64,000 nucleotides of DNA, taken from Camelus dromedarius (Eukaryota). Below the pieces are notes generated by a model. It was given only the letters and a program-made list of their open reading frames with translations, did no database searches and had not been told where the DNA came from. The stretch is taken from positions 51,338,001 through 51,402,000 of the forward strand of contig NC_087437.1 of NCBI RefSeq assembly GCF_036321535.1, in the 5' to 3' direction. Below, in pieces: positions 12,740-27,023 of the stretch. Each line of letters opens with the position of its first letter. Within the stretch, counting starts at the first letter, position 1. A program made the position numbers and the translations under genes.

Positions 12740-13400
12740 TAGAATGCAAAATGGTGCAGACACTTTGGCGCACAGTCTGGCAGTTCCTCAAAGTATTGAA
12801 TACAGAATTACTATAGGACTTAGCCATTCCATTCCTAGATATACACCCAGGAGAAATGAAAACATATGTTCACACAAAAATGTGTACTCAAATGTTCATA
12901 GTGATGCTATTTATAACAGCCAAAAAGTGGAAGCAACCCAAGTGTCTATCAACTGATGAATGGATAAAAAATGTTATATATCCATACAGTGGAACATTAC
13001 TTGGCCACAATACTTGGCCATAAAAAGAAATGAAGCACATGATACAGGCTACAACATAAATGAACCTTGAAAAAATGCTAAGTAAAAGAAAAACCAATCA
13101 CAAGAGACCACATATTATATAATCCCATTTACATGAAATGTCCAGAATATGCTAATCTACAGAGGCAGAAGATAGATTAGTGGTTGCCTAGGACTTGGTG
13201 GGGCAAAGGGGCAGGTGAGTGAGGAATAAATGCTAATGGGTACAGGATTTCTTTGGGGATAATAAAAAATGTTCTAAAATTAGACTGTGGTGATGATTGC
13301 ATAACTTTGCAAATATACAAAAAATCACGGATTTGTGTGCTTCAAATGGGTGAATTTTATGGCATATAAATTATATCTCAATAAAGGTGTTAAGTGACAA
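12740..13400 (+). mobile_element. L1MB-type 3' end
   Basis: Typical L1 3'UTR ending ATAAATTATATCTCAATAAAG. Confidence 0.8.
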
Positions 13401-15613
13401 CAAAAAATAAATAACCTCACCACAAAATTCTCTCTGCCCACCACTTCCTGCTTATTCTCTCATTCCGCTGCTCCCTACTGCCATCTCCCCGTCTCTCTGA
13501 CTCCTGGATCCCTATATTTAGCTTTCATGTGTGTCTGCCCCTGGCCCTCCTCCACCTTTGGATGACTCACTGGGGGCTCATGGACCTCAGCTCCCTGCTC
13601 ACCTGTCAGTTCTACATGCTTCCTTGATGTTGACATCACTCACAACTTCAGTTCACACACAGCTTCCACCAATTCTAATCATGTAAAACCCTCACAGCCA
13701 GACCAGCTCAGGCTCCTTGATAAGAGACAGGGATTCAGACATTACACCTAAGACGAGTTCCCAGAGCTTTGGACTATTTCCCAAGGGGATGGAGGAGGTT
13801 GGGGGATGCAACGAAGAATAGCAGCCCTGCTTCATTTTCTGCAACTGAAGAACTAAATACAAGGCTGGGGTAGCTGATAATCCCCACTGGTCAGCTGGCA
13901 GTGCAACATGCCATTAGGCTTAAATGAGGGCTTCTGCTTCAATGGACCATCCAATCACCGGTCCCCAGAACAACAACATGGAATGAATGAATGAGAAAAG
14001 CACTTATCCATTATTTAGCCAATCATTACTAAGAGCTTACTTACATACTAAACATTCTTTCAAGTGCTGAGGATATGGCAATGAATAAGACAAGAGGAGA
14101 CTGATTTTCTAAAGTAACAGACTAAGTAAAATGATTTCATATACTAGTAATTGTTCTAAAACAAAACAAAACAAAAAACCAAAAAAAAAAAAACAAAACC
14201 CAGGGTAATAGGACAGAGAATGACACAAAAATTAACAGGATGTTCCAGGAAGGCCTCTCTGAGAAAGTGACATTTGTGCCAGCTGAGAAATGAATGAGGA
14301 GATAATGATGAGATGTGTCCTGGGATATCATACTGATATATCATCAGGAGACATTAGGATGAAGCATGAGAGACAGCTCCGCATTTATGGAGGTAGATCA
14401 GGGTAGCCAGGACCTTTGGATGAGCAAAGTGAGAAATTGGAAGAAGAGTCCCATGTTGGTTATTTTGCTGCTAATGTGTAATGTTTAAGGATTGTGAAGC
14501 TAAGCATTTATAATCCACTAAAAGAATTTAGAACAGTATCTTGCAAAGAGTTTTGATCATAGAATTCGTCTTACTCACCCATGCATAATGCCTCACTCGA
14601 ATAAGAACTGCTGATAATACAGAATTGAAAAGGAAGAAAATTAAAATTACAGCAAACATTGCTATAATTACATATGGATTGGCTTAGTATATACTACATA
14701 AGAAAATATGAGCTTACATGTGTCTTTTAAATTAGAAAACAATGCCCTATAAACTCTAAAATAGGCAATATTTTTATTACACTTGTCTTGATATTATACT
14801 AAAGTTATGTACCTAGCTTACACTCTCTGAAAGTTCATCACCAATATAATATCACTACACAAGCAGATTTGGGGGGAATTTGTATACATCCATTTTATAA
14901 GTGGATTTACAATAAGGTATACATTCCTGAACTACAAGGCAAAACTACTTTTTTTAAGCAAAGGTACTTTTGATGAAAATATGCATTGCAACACCCTGAA
15001 GGGGGAAATCAAACAATCCACAGGACACTGAATAGATAATGATGAAACAAAACTAGCGCTTCATTATTAAAAAGTAATAATAACAACTCAACCACCTCAG
15101 GTCAACGCTGCTAACACATTGATGATGAAAAGCCCTGAGAACTGAGAGAATTCCAACAGTCCCCATGTCTGTCTGCAGGCAGGAGCTTTTTATCTTTCCC
15201 AGAGAATATAGGATCTTAGTAGAATGCCAAATTTGAATCCTGAGGACACTTGAGCAATACGTGAATTTTAGCTTACAAATGCCTCATTTTAGCAATCCTA
15301 AATTAGCAGGTCCTTAGTGATTTGTAAGGCAAGACCTTAAGGGAAGACCTGAAGAAAGGAATTGGATTCGAGTCCCTCACCACCCACTAGTGGGAATCCT
15401 ACCAGACCCCTCTGAGTGACCCTAGGGTACATCAAAACAGCATAGTATGCACAGATACCTACATTGCCCATAACTTCCTGACTAGAATTTGGACACATTG
15501 TTAGATTTTTTTTTCTGATTTGTAAAATTATTTATATGAAGAGCCTTATAAAATCTATAAATAAAAGTACATTCATAGATGCAGGGAATTGCCTTTATTA
15601 AAAGACATAGTTA

Positions 15614-15733
15614 AGAATAAGAAAACTATTATATCTATGTATGTGTATGACTGAACCATTATGCTGCATATCAGAAACTGACACAACATTGTAAACTGAC
15701 TATACTTCAATTAAATTAATTAATTAGTTTTTA
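15614..15733 (+). mobile_element. Short L1 3' terminal insertion
   Basis: GTAAACTGACTATACTTCAATTAAA end; TSD AAAAGACATAGTTA 15600-15613 / 15734-15747. Confidence 0.75.
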
Positions 15734-16036
15734 AAAAGACATAGTTACATAAAAAAAAATAAAAGTTGCAAAGAAAACAAAGAACAAGTATCAACTAACA
15801 TGCACCTGTGATTTTCATCATTGACCTGGTGTTGAAGTTGATGAGTTTATGAACTATTATTCCATTGGTCCTTGTTGAGGACAAGAATTCTGCATGTTTG
15901 AGTATTGATGGGTCTAAAGTAAAACAGAGACATAGTGGCTTCTGCTGTTTTCAATAAAAGGTTGTTAGTTTAGGCCTTTCCTTGATTTGGACATAGAAAA
16001 ATTACTTTCATAATAATAGCCATCATTCACTGAGTA

Positions 16037-16284
16037 CAGCTGACCCTTGAACAACATGAGTTTGAACTGAGCAGGTCCAGTTATACAGATTTTGTTCAAT
16101 AGTAAATTCTGCAGTACTACACAAACCAAGGTTGGTTGAATCTGGGGTTGGCTGAATCTGCCAATTCGGAACTGCAGACACAGAGGAACCATGGATATGG
16201 AGAGCCGATCTTAAGTTACAAGCAGATTTTCAACTGCACAGAGGGCGGCTGCCATTAGTTCCTGAGTTGTTCAAAGGTCAACTG
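16037..16284. mobile_element. Tigger2-derived MITE (MER8-like)
   Basis: TIRs CAGCTGACCCTTGAACAAC / GTTGTTCAAAGGTCAACTG flanked by TA. Confidence 0.8.
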
Positions 16285-16876
16285 TACTTTCTATATGTCA
16301 AGTCTATTACAGTCATTATGTCATTTGATCCTCACAACAATTCTATGAGGTAGATACTAGCCTTATTCCCAGTTTACAGATAAGGATACCCAGGTAGAAA
16401 GAGAATAAGATCCTTCCCCAGGATCACATAGCAAGTAAGTAGTAGAACCACTCTGAACCCAATTTTGTCTAACTCTTAATCTTGTTTTAGCACATCCAAG
16501 TCATGGCCAAGGAATGCAGAAATTGTAATTCTTGACCATGAAAAACAAAGCATTAGACTCTGAATCCAGAAAGATGCCCACCAAAGGTCTTATCCTACTT
16601 CACTCTATTTGATAACTCTTAACGTCAGGGTGTCAGTCTTCACTGTGGCCACCATCAGCCAAAAGATTTTCCAAAGCTCTCATGATTTCCTTGTCTCTCA
16701 CTGGAACCCTCAGAAACTGGCTTATTCACACACACACACACACACAAATCGATATGTGTTTAACTGGTGAAATCCGAATAAGCTCTAGGGGTTGTTTAAA
16801 GACAATATCCAGAAAAAAGGCAAAATCATGACTCTCATACAAATATAAAAAGGAATACATATTAAAGAATTGATTG

Positions 16877-19800
16877 GGTAACGTCAGCAACATGGTGGAG
16901 TCAAAAACTCCCTTCATCTCTCCCCTTCAATCTACAGAGAGTACAATATCCACAATTCAACAAAGGTGCCTCTGCCTGACACACCAGGACACTGGAGAAC
17001 TCCAAACATCTGCACATCTAAAGGTAGGTGGGCTGGAACACACAGAGGAGGCAGAACTGAGGGAACAGCAGGGTCAGTGCCTGCAGTTCTGGCCCTCCCA
17101 CCATGGCAGTTGAGTTCGCAGCTCCAGAGAGCCTGGTAGAAGCAGGAGAAGTGACACAGGACTTTGGCAGCCCCAGCAACCACAGGTAAATGGGCAACAA
17201 CAGTAGTGGGGCCTGAGACCCCAACCCTCCAGCCACTAAGGTGCCCATGACCCCTGCCCCTGCCCCTCCGTTTACAGTGGCAGAGCCCATGAACCTTAAA
17301 GCACCAGCAAGGCAGAGGCACCTACGTGATCCAGCCCCCCCACCCAGCCACCTCCCTCCCTCCTCTCCCCTCTTACTGCAGTGGATATGGTGACTCAGGG
17401 GATCCCAGTGGCAAGGGAAGAGCCCACCATCTCAGTGCACCAGGAGGCAATGACAGTGGAATGGCAGAAGCAAGGCAACAATGACCCCAGAGGCACATGA
17501 AACTAAAACAAAGGCAAAGGGCCACATCTCTTACAGAGATGGAGGGTGGAAAGTGGTGACAAGTAAAACCAGAGGCAGCCCAGGTTGAGAAACCAAAACC
17601 GTGTGCTATAGCGCCACCTACTGGAAAATAAAAGAAGGGCCTCTAACCTGTCACTACTTCAAATGTGCAGGCAGAGGAATAGTTTATCCAGCATTATGAA
17701 GAATCATAGCCAACACCATACCACAAAAAGACAATGACAATTCTCCAGAAATCAAACTTAAAATCACAGTATACTTATCTAACTTACAGAGGATTCAAAA
17801 TAACTGTCATGAGGAAACTCACCAAGGTATAAGTAAACTCAGAAAGATAGTTTAATAAGCTCAGAAATATAAGTAATGATCAGAAGGAATACTTTAACAA
17901 AGAGACTGAAACTCAAAAAAGAACCAAACAGAAATTCTGGGGCTAAAGAACTTAATAAACAAGATAAAGAATGCATAAGAAAGCTTTGACAATAGAGCAA
18001 CCATATGGAAGAGAGAATTATTGAGATCAAAGATAGAAATCTAGAAATGAAACAAATGGAAGAGGAAAGAGAAATAAGATACTTTAAAAATGAGAACATT
18101 CTATAAGAGCTACCTGTCTCTTTTAGGAAGGGCAAATTAGGGAAATGAGTATTCCAGAAAGAGAAGACAGGGAAGAGGGAACAGAGTTTATTTAAAGAAA
18201 TAATAACTGAAAACTTCCCAAACTTAGGGAAGGAACTGGATACACAAGTTCATGAAACTAAGAGAACACCTCCTTACCTCAATGCAAAAAGACCTTCTCC
18301 AAGACACATTATATTAAAATCAATGTCAAAAGTCAATGACAAAGGAAGGCAGCCAGGGAAAAAAAGAATGGTGACCTACAAAGGAACCCTCAGTAGTCTA
18401 TCAGCATATTTCTCAGAAAAAAACTCTACAGGCCAGGAGGGAGTAGAATGACATTCCTTTTTGTCGAGGGGAGGGGGGAGGAATTAGGTTTATTTAATTT
18501 TTTAAACGGAGGTACTAGAGATTGAACCCAGGACCTCATGCATTCTAAGAACACACTCTACCACTTGAGCTGTACCCTCCCCCTTAGAATGACATTCTCA
18601 AAATGCTGAAAGATAAAACTCACCTAAGAATACTCTATCCAGCAAAGTTGTCATTGAGATATGAAGAAGAAACTAAGTCTTTTCCAGACAAACAAAAGCT
18701 GAGGGAATTCATCAACACTAGACCTTCCTTACAAAAAAAAAGATGTTGAAAGGAGCTCTTCTACCATAAATTAAAAAAGCAAAAGAATATAGAAGTTTGA
18801 GCAAGGTGATAAATAGACAGAATTAGAAAATTGTAACTCTTTATCAGAATAGGTTTTTAAACACTTTGTTACAGCATAAAGGTTAAAAGGGGGATAAAAG
18901 CATAAAAATAACTACAGCTATTTCAATTTGATAACAAACTAATAACATGAAAAGGGATAATTTGAGAGAACAAAAAAATAGAAGGGGAAGAGTAAAAAGA
19001 TGGAAGCTGTATAGGCAAATGAAGATAAGATGCTATCAGCAGAAAATAACTATTTTATCTATGATACACTTTATACAAACCTCAAAGTAACCACAAAACA
19101 TAAAAATGGAGTTAAGACACATTTTTTAAAAAGAGGAAATTGAGAGAAATATCATAGAAAACCACCAAACCAAAATGGCAGAGATAAATACAAGGGAAAA
19201 GAAACAATGGAGATATAGAGCAACCAGAAAACAAAAGATTAAATGGCAGTAGTAAGTATTCACTTATCAATAATCACCCTAGATGTAAATGGATTGAATT
19301 CACCAATCATAAGACACATAGTGGCTGGATGGATTGAAAAACAAGATCCAACTATATACTGCCTCCAGGAGACTCATCTCGGCTCTAAAGACAAACATAG
19401 GCTAAAAGTGAAGGGATGGAAGATGATACTCCAAGCAAATAGCAGCCAAAAGAACATGAGTGTAGCTGTACTCACATCAGACAAAATAGACTTCAAGCCA
19501 AAAAAGGTAACAAGAGACAATTATGGACAATATAAAATGATAAAGGGGATAATTCATCAAGAAGGCATAACAGCGATTAATATATATGCACATAACATAG
19601 GAACATCAAAATATATAAAACAATTATTAACACATAAAGGAAGAAATTGACAGCAACACAATAACAGTAAAGAACTTTTACCACCCCTCTTACATCAATG
19701 GATAAGTCATCCAGACAGAAAGTCAACAAGGAAATAATGGCCTTAAATGAAACATTAGAATATGTGGAGATTGAACAACATGCTGCTGAACAACTACTGA

Positions 19801-22800
19801 GTCAACAAAGAAATCAAAGGAGGAATCAAAAATTATCAGAAGACAAATGAAAATGAAAATTCAACACACCAAAAGTCTATGAAATACAGCAAAAGCAGTA
19901 CTAAGACGGATGTTTATTGCAATAAAAGTCTACCTCAAGAAGCAAGAAAACTCTCAAATATACAATTTAACCTTACACTTACAGGAACATGAAAAAGAAT
20001 AACAAATGAATCCCAAAGTTAGTAGCATGAAGAAAATAATAAAGATCAGAGCAGAAATAAATGAAATAGAGTTATAAAAGACAATAGAAAATATCAATGA
20101 AAGAGCTGATTCTTTGAAAAGATGAACAAAATTGACAAACCTTTTGCTAGACTCATTAAGAAAAAAAGAGAGAAGGCTCTGATAAATAAAATCAGAAACG
20201 AAAGAAGGGAAATAACAACAGGTACCACAGAAATACACAGGATTATAAGAATATTATGAACTTCTATATGCCAACAAATTGGACAACCTAGAAGAAATGG
20301 ACAAATTCTTAGAATCATAAAAACTTCCAAGAGTGAATCATGAAGAAATAAAAAATATGAATAGACTGATTACAGGTACAGAGATTGAAACAGTAATCAA
20401 AAAGCTCTCAAAAAGCAAAAGACCAGGACCAGACAGCTCCACAGGTGAATTCTACCAAACATTAAAAAATTTAATACTTAGCCTTCCCAAACTCTTCCCC
20501 CCAAAAAAATTTTAAGAGGAAGGAATGCTTCCTAACTCCTTTTACAAGGTCAACATCACTGACACCAAAACCAGACAAAGAAAACACACAAAAAAAGAAA
20601 ATTATAGGCCAATGCTGATGAATGTAGACACAAAAATCCTCAACAAAATATTAGTAAACCAAATAAAATATATTAAAAGGATCACACACCATGATCAAGT
20701 AGTATTTATTCCAGGGATGCAAGGATGGTTCAACATCTGCAAATTAATCAACGTGATACACTACATTAACAAAATGAAAGTAAAAACCATATTATCATCT
20801 CAATAAACACAGAAAAAGCATGTGACAAGATTAAACACCCATTTATGATAAAAACTCTCAATAAAGTGGGTATAGAAGGAATATACCCCAACATAATAAA
20901 GGCCAAATATGACAAATCCACAGCTGATATTATATTTAATGGTGAAAAATTGAAAGCTATCCTTCTAATGTCAGGAACAAGAGTTGCCCACTCTTGCCAC
21001 TCTTATTGAACACAGTATTGAAAGTCTTAGCCAGAGCAATTAGGCAAGAAAAAGAAATTAAAGGTATCAGAATTGGAAAGGAAAAAGTAAAACTGTCACT
21101 ATTTGCAGATGAAATGATTATATATATATTAGAAAACCCTGAAGACTCCATCAAAAATTATTAGAAATTAAAAACAAATACAGCAAACTTGTAGGATACA
21201 AAACTAATATACAAAAACTTGCTGTATTTCTATACACTAATAATGAGCTAGTAGAAAGATAAATGAAGAAAACAATTCCACTTACAGCTGCAACAAAAAG
21301 AATAAAATAACCTATGAATCATTTTAACCAAAGAGGTGAAAGACCTGTACACTGAAAACTGTAAGACATTGCTGAAAGAAATTAAAGAACACACAAAGAA
21401 ATGGAGAGATATTCCATGCTCATGGATTGGAAGGATTAACATTGTCAAAATGTTCATATTACCTAAAGCAATCTAAAATCAGAAGGACATTTTTCACAGA
21501 AGTAGGACAAATAATTCTAAAATTTATATGGAACCACAAGAGACCCCAAATAGCCAAAGCAACTGTGAGAAAAAAGAACAAAGCTAGAGGTCTCACATTT
21601 CCTGATTTCAAACTATACTGCAAAGCCGTAGTAATCAAAACAGCATGGAACTTACAGAAGAACAGATACATAGATCAATGGAACAGAATTGAGAGCCCAG
21701 AAATAGACCCCCAAAAATGTGAACAATTAATTTGCAACCAAGGAGCAAAAAATATACAATGGAGAAAGGCTAATCTCTTTAATAACTAGTGATGGGAAAA
21801 CTGGACAGTCACATGCAAAAAAGTGAAACTAGACCACTATCTCACACTACACACAAAAATTAACCCAAAATAGATTAAAGACTTGAATATAAGACCTTAA
21901 ACCATAAAACTCCTAGAAGAAAACTTAGGTAATAAGCTCTTTGACATCAGTCTTAGCAATGTCTTTCTAGATGTCTCCTCAGGCAAGGGAAACAAAAGCA
22001 AAAATAAACAAATTGAACTACACCAAACTAGAAAGATTCTGCACAGCAAAGAAAGCCATCAATAAAACAAAAAGACACCCTATTGAATGAGAAAAGATAT
22101 TTGGATATCATATATCCAGTAAGGGGTTAATATCCAAAATATATAAAGAACTCATACAACTCAACACACAAAAACAAACAGCCCAGTTTAAAACTGGGCA
22201 GAGGAACTAAAAAGATTTTTTTCGAAGAGGACATACAGATGGCTAATAGGCACATGGAAAGATGTTTAGCATCACTAATTATTAGGGAAATACAAATCAA
22301 AACCACAATGAGATATCACCTCATGCCTACAAAATTGGCTATTATCAAAAAGACAAGAAATTAAAGTGTTGGAGAGGATGCGGAGAAGAGGAAAATCTTA
22401 TACACTCTTGGTGGGAATGTAAATTGGTGCAGTCACTATGGAAGAGAGTATGGATAGTCCTCAAAAAATTAAGACTAGAACTACAATATGATCCAACTAT
22501 CCCACTTTGGGGTATTTATTCAAGGACTATGAAAATACTAATTCGAAAAGATATATGCACATCTGTATTTATCATGGCACTATTTATAATAGCCAACATA
22601 TGGAAGCAAACTAAGTGTCTATCAATAAATGAATGGCTAAAGAAAATGTGGTATTTATATATGATGGAATACTACTCAGCCATAAAAAGATGAAATCTTG
22701 CCATTTGTGACTATATGGAGAGACTTTGAGGGTATTATGCTTAGTGAAATAACTCAGACAAAAAAAAAGACAAATACTGGATGATTTCACTCATATCTGG

Positions 22801-23084
22801 AATATTAAAAACTAATAAACAAAAACTCAAAATAAATGAAGAAACCAAACCAAACAAAAACAAGCATGTAGACACAGAGAGTAGAGTAGTAGTTACCAGA
22901 AGGGAAAGAGTTGAGGGAGAGGGCAAAATGGGTAAAACAGATCAACTCTACAGTGACAGATGGAAACTAAACTTTTGGTGGTGAGCACACTGTAGAGTAT
23001 ATAGAAGTACAAATATCATGTACACATGAAACTTACACAATGTAATACATCAATCCCAATAAGAATTTAGAAAATAAATCTTTT
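16877..23084 (+). mobile_element. Near full-length, inactive LINE-1 (5'UTR, ORF1, ORF2, 3'UTR)
   Basis: GC-richer 5'UTR, disrupted ORF1 about 17660-18770, ORF2 from 19243 (IITLDVNGLNSPI, CLQETH endonuclease; [28 protein letters not shown]) with many stops and an internal deletion near 19760. TSD AAAGAATTGATTG 16864-16876 / AAAAAATTGATTG 23085-23097. Confidence 0.92.
18457..18584 (-). mobile_element. tRNA-derived SINE (Vic-1-like) inserted in L1 ORF1
   Basis: TSD TAGAATGACATTC 18444-18456 / 18585-18597. Confidence 0.87.
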
Positions 23085-23376
23085 AAAAAATTGATTGAAC
23101 TCACACAATATGAGAGAACCAGGCAGATGTTATAACTGGTTCAAATTGTAAGAAGTACAAATTTACATGAAGAAAAGATACTGAATTGCAAATAAAGGCA
23201 ATTTTTCCACAGGACAGAGAGAAGTCCACCAGAGCTCTATAGGATGAGACAGAGTTTGAATTTTGACAGTGTTGAACTTTACCTGGGCCCTGTGTTCCCA
23301 GAAAACAACAATGGTTAAGAAGCTTTCCCCCCCCTGCAAATCTTTTGCTTTCAGAAACCCTCCACCACCACCTTTT

Positions 23377-23841
23377 TGTGTTCCAGGAAATGGCTGACTG
23401 CAATGAACCAGCCTTCCCCATGTGACTTAGCGAAGACTCACTATCCACTCTTTCTCACAACTCCTTTGTTTACCTGTGACAAGGCCAAACACAAACTTTT
23501 CCCCTTTTGCCTGAGCCCAGTCGACAAGGCCAGGCACAGAGCCTCCAACCACCAGCTCTTTGTCACATGAATGATTAACTGAGATTAGCACTGTTTATCC
23601 CCTGAAACTAGCTAGACACGGAAGTAAACGTTTCCTATTCAACTGACTAAGACGTCCCTTGATTAAAAAACAATCCCGGCTATAAATCATTCCACCTATT
23701 ATTTGTCTACTTCTCCCTATAAAAAGTCTAAGGCGAAACCACCTTGCCGAGGTACTCTGATCCACAGATCTGGATGATCTTCCTATTACAGTAGCTGGAA
23801 TAAAATCAATCTTCTTAATTGTTTGATTTTTGTCTTTGATA
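23377..23841 (+). mobile_element. ERV1-like solo LTR amid probable ERV internal fragments (about 23100-24300)
   Basis: TG start, TATAAAAA 23718-23725, AATAAA 23799-23804, T-rich U5; family not determined. Confidence 0.5.
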
Positions 23842-24655
23842 ATATTCCTCAGTTACCTGTAATTTAAAAAGAGCTTCAGAATTATTTAAAGGCAATGAAC
23901 AGGGCTAGAATCAGATAACTGGGAATAGTTACTCCAAACAATGCATAGTTTCTCACTGAAGCAGTTTTTTTTTTATAATCTCCTCCCTTTTGATCAAAAA
24001 TAATCTCAAAGGAAAATTATTCTTGATCACAAAATAAGACTGGTCTCATAACATTTTGCTTCACTATTTATTTACATTGGTGCAAAAAGAGTGGTAATTT
24101 GCCATTCAGGCCTTCTTAAGTGTGCTTTATGGTATGTTTTCAAAAAACTCAAACTTGACTCTTAAAAGCCACTTGAGGCTAGGTAGTTGCACCAAGAACT
24201 CACCACAGATTTCACCTGTGGTACCCATTGGGTGAATTCCTTTCTTCCCGAAGACCACAAGATACGCTAAGATTCCTGGGTCTGGCAGAAAATGGCCTTA
24301 CCTACCTAGAAGCTGGGAATCCATCGTAGCAATCACTGCCACTGCAGACCCCTCTGGGCCTCACCCAGGGCCTCCATCTGGCCTTTGTCTATTTCTGGCT
24401 CCATGTCTCCTCTGTGAGCTCTTCTCCCACCTTCCATGCAGGGCACAGAGAAATTTCTGGTGCCCTCCTAGGGACAGAGGGAGGTGCAAGAGCAGAAACC
24501 CAGGCGCTCTCTCTGCCTAACCATTCTGTATTCCAACAGCTTTCATGTGTCATTTTGGGGCCACAAGGAATGGCAGTCCCTTTCCAGGATCCCAGATGAG
24601 TCAAGCAGCCCCCTCTGCTTTTGTCTTCTCTCTCAGCCTATCAAGCCCCCTCCCA

Positions 24656-24656
<1 letters not shown>

Positions 24657-24704
<48 letters not shown>
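24657..24704. repeat. (CA)n microsatellite within an inverted repeat
   Basis: About 24 CA units, directly visible. Confidence 0.95.
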
Positions 24705-24707
<3 letters not shown>

Positions 24708-27023
24708 AGATCTCAGCACAGAGAACCAAAGTGTGTGTGTGTCTGTGTATTGGGAGGGGGCTTCTCTCCCTTTTTCTCTTCTCTCCTTTATTCCATCAGG
24801 CCAGACGGAGCAGGGTTTAGTCCCTGTTCTACCGCAGCAGAGATTTTCCACAAGTCATGTTCTTCTGGGAGTAGTATTTGCCCTCCCCTAGGTCTATAAT
24901 AGCGGAAGGAGTTACAGAGGGAATGACGTTTGGGACCACAGGAAGATACATACATTTGTATTGGGAAGGAACAGTGAGGACTGAAAATTTCATAAGTTTA
25001 ATGTTTTCAGACATTTCTCCATTACACATAATTGTCTCGAAATAGTTGAAAGGCACAATGCAGAAAATAGAATTAACTAATTCTTTATTCTCTACTAGGC
25101 AAAAATTATACCAGTGGTATAAGTTACAAGAATGCAAATTTGGATTTAAGAAAACCTTCAAATAACCAGAGATTTTGTTCAAAGATAAAATAGGATAATC
25201 TAAGAAGTAATGAGCAGTGTCACTGGAAGTATTAATATTAAACAACACAAGGTTGGATGACCATTTGATCAAAGATATATAGGAAAAAACTACATTGGCT
25301 GAAAGATTATAATTGATAACCTCAAAGTTACCAAAAGACACAGATTCTCATTTTTTTTTTCCTAAAAAGAGATTTTTTTTCATACATCTGCAGACATCAT
25401 TAGCAACCAGACTACAGACTGATATGTGTCTGAGCTGGCCATCTGTGATGAGAAAATAGTCATTTTGAGTTGCTGCCTAAGCATCTTACAGTATGACAAC
25501 CCTCCTCACATCCACTCTGGACATTTAGATAAAGACCCAAGCTTAGGATTCTCACCTTGCTTTTACTCAGGCACCTCTTAAAATGACCACTCAGAGTTGA
25601 GCCTATGAAAAATTAGTGACTTCTGCTCCAACCATCTTATAAGTAATAGATGCTTGCTACCCTGCTCTTATCTCCTGCTCTGGTGACCTGGGAAAGAGGA
25701 CTGCCCTTCCCCCAGCTCATCGAAACTCCTGTTCTGGGATTTGTAAGTAGTAAACCTTGTCACCTTACTTTCTTTGTGTGAGTGTATTGAAACCAGTACT
25801 TCAATCAAAATGGCCCCAGGGGCTTTCATTTCTCTAAAGTGGGAGCTTGGATGCAAAGGAAATGTGAGTGGCTTGGGCCTCCTTATTCAGCAGGTCATAA
25901 TCTACATATTCTTAACACACCAGCTCTGGGTTTTCCAACATGCCATCCACTACTCCCCCAATCTGAGAATCTAAAATGCAGCCAAAGACTTGGGGCCAGA
26001 GGTGGGGAGAAAAAGTCATATGCAAGGAATTGAAACATCAAACTTGTTTCACATATTGGTGTGGAGTCTGAATTTACATTAATCATATGATGCAGGATTG
26101 TTAAAAATTCACACACACACACACACACACACAGAGACACAAATGGCCTAGACCTGGCAAAACTCCAAAGGCCATGACAGAGGCAAATGAAAATTTTCTC
26201 TGTAGGGAAACTTCACAACCCAAGGCACATGAAACTCCCACTGAAATAATCTCGTAATGAAGATAAGTTTACAATCAAGCATTACAAATCACATGAGGAA
26301 ACATACCACAATGAGACAAAGTTAGCAAAACAGTTAGCATATCAAGAACCAGATGTAATAAAACAACCTGAAATTGTAAAATAAATGTGTTCCATTAAAA
26401 GAAAATTAGAGATCTTTACTTGACGTGACTATTTTATTGGGCAAGAAACAAACTTTTTGTGAATAAGGAGACTTCCAAGCAAAAGTGGTTAGGAAGCTAA
26501 GCCCTCAGCAGTTACAACTAGGTTTACAAAGCATGAATAGGTAATGGTATTATTTTCCATTGTGATTGGTTGCTAGAAACTTACATTCTTTTTCACTGAA
26601 TAAGCTTGCAGTGTTCATAGCTGATTAGCTAGGAAGCTGTAATGTCACACTGACATGAAGAAAGATTAACTTTTGTTTAAGATCAAAGTCACATTTCAGA
26701 GAAGTTAGGACAGTTTTGAATTTTGGTTACATGACTATGAGTGTTTGGTCTACAGGTATATTCAAACTGTGGCCTCTGTTTTGGTTTTTTTTTTAACAGT
26801 TCTAAATAAGGAAAGATTAAAGAAAGATTGAAAACCAAGATGAAAGAACAGAGCAGTAGAAAGAAAGACTCAAATGAAAGAAAGCTATCATCACTGAAAT
26901 TAAAAATTCAGTAAACAAATTAGATGGTAGTTTAAACACCATTGACAAGAAAATTTGCTACCTAGAAGCTAGATCTGAGGAAATCACCAGAGACATAGGT
27001 AAAGCAGTAGGAAATAGGAGAGG

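Noticed and set aside
19243..22693. Active L1 reverse transcriptase gene
   Set aside because: ORF2 is fragmented by stops, frameshifts and a deletion; ORF1 is interrupted by a SINE.
24829..25341. 170-aa minus-strand ORF
   Set aside because: AT-rich, no splice context or known motif, partly repeat-like; likely chance.
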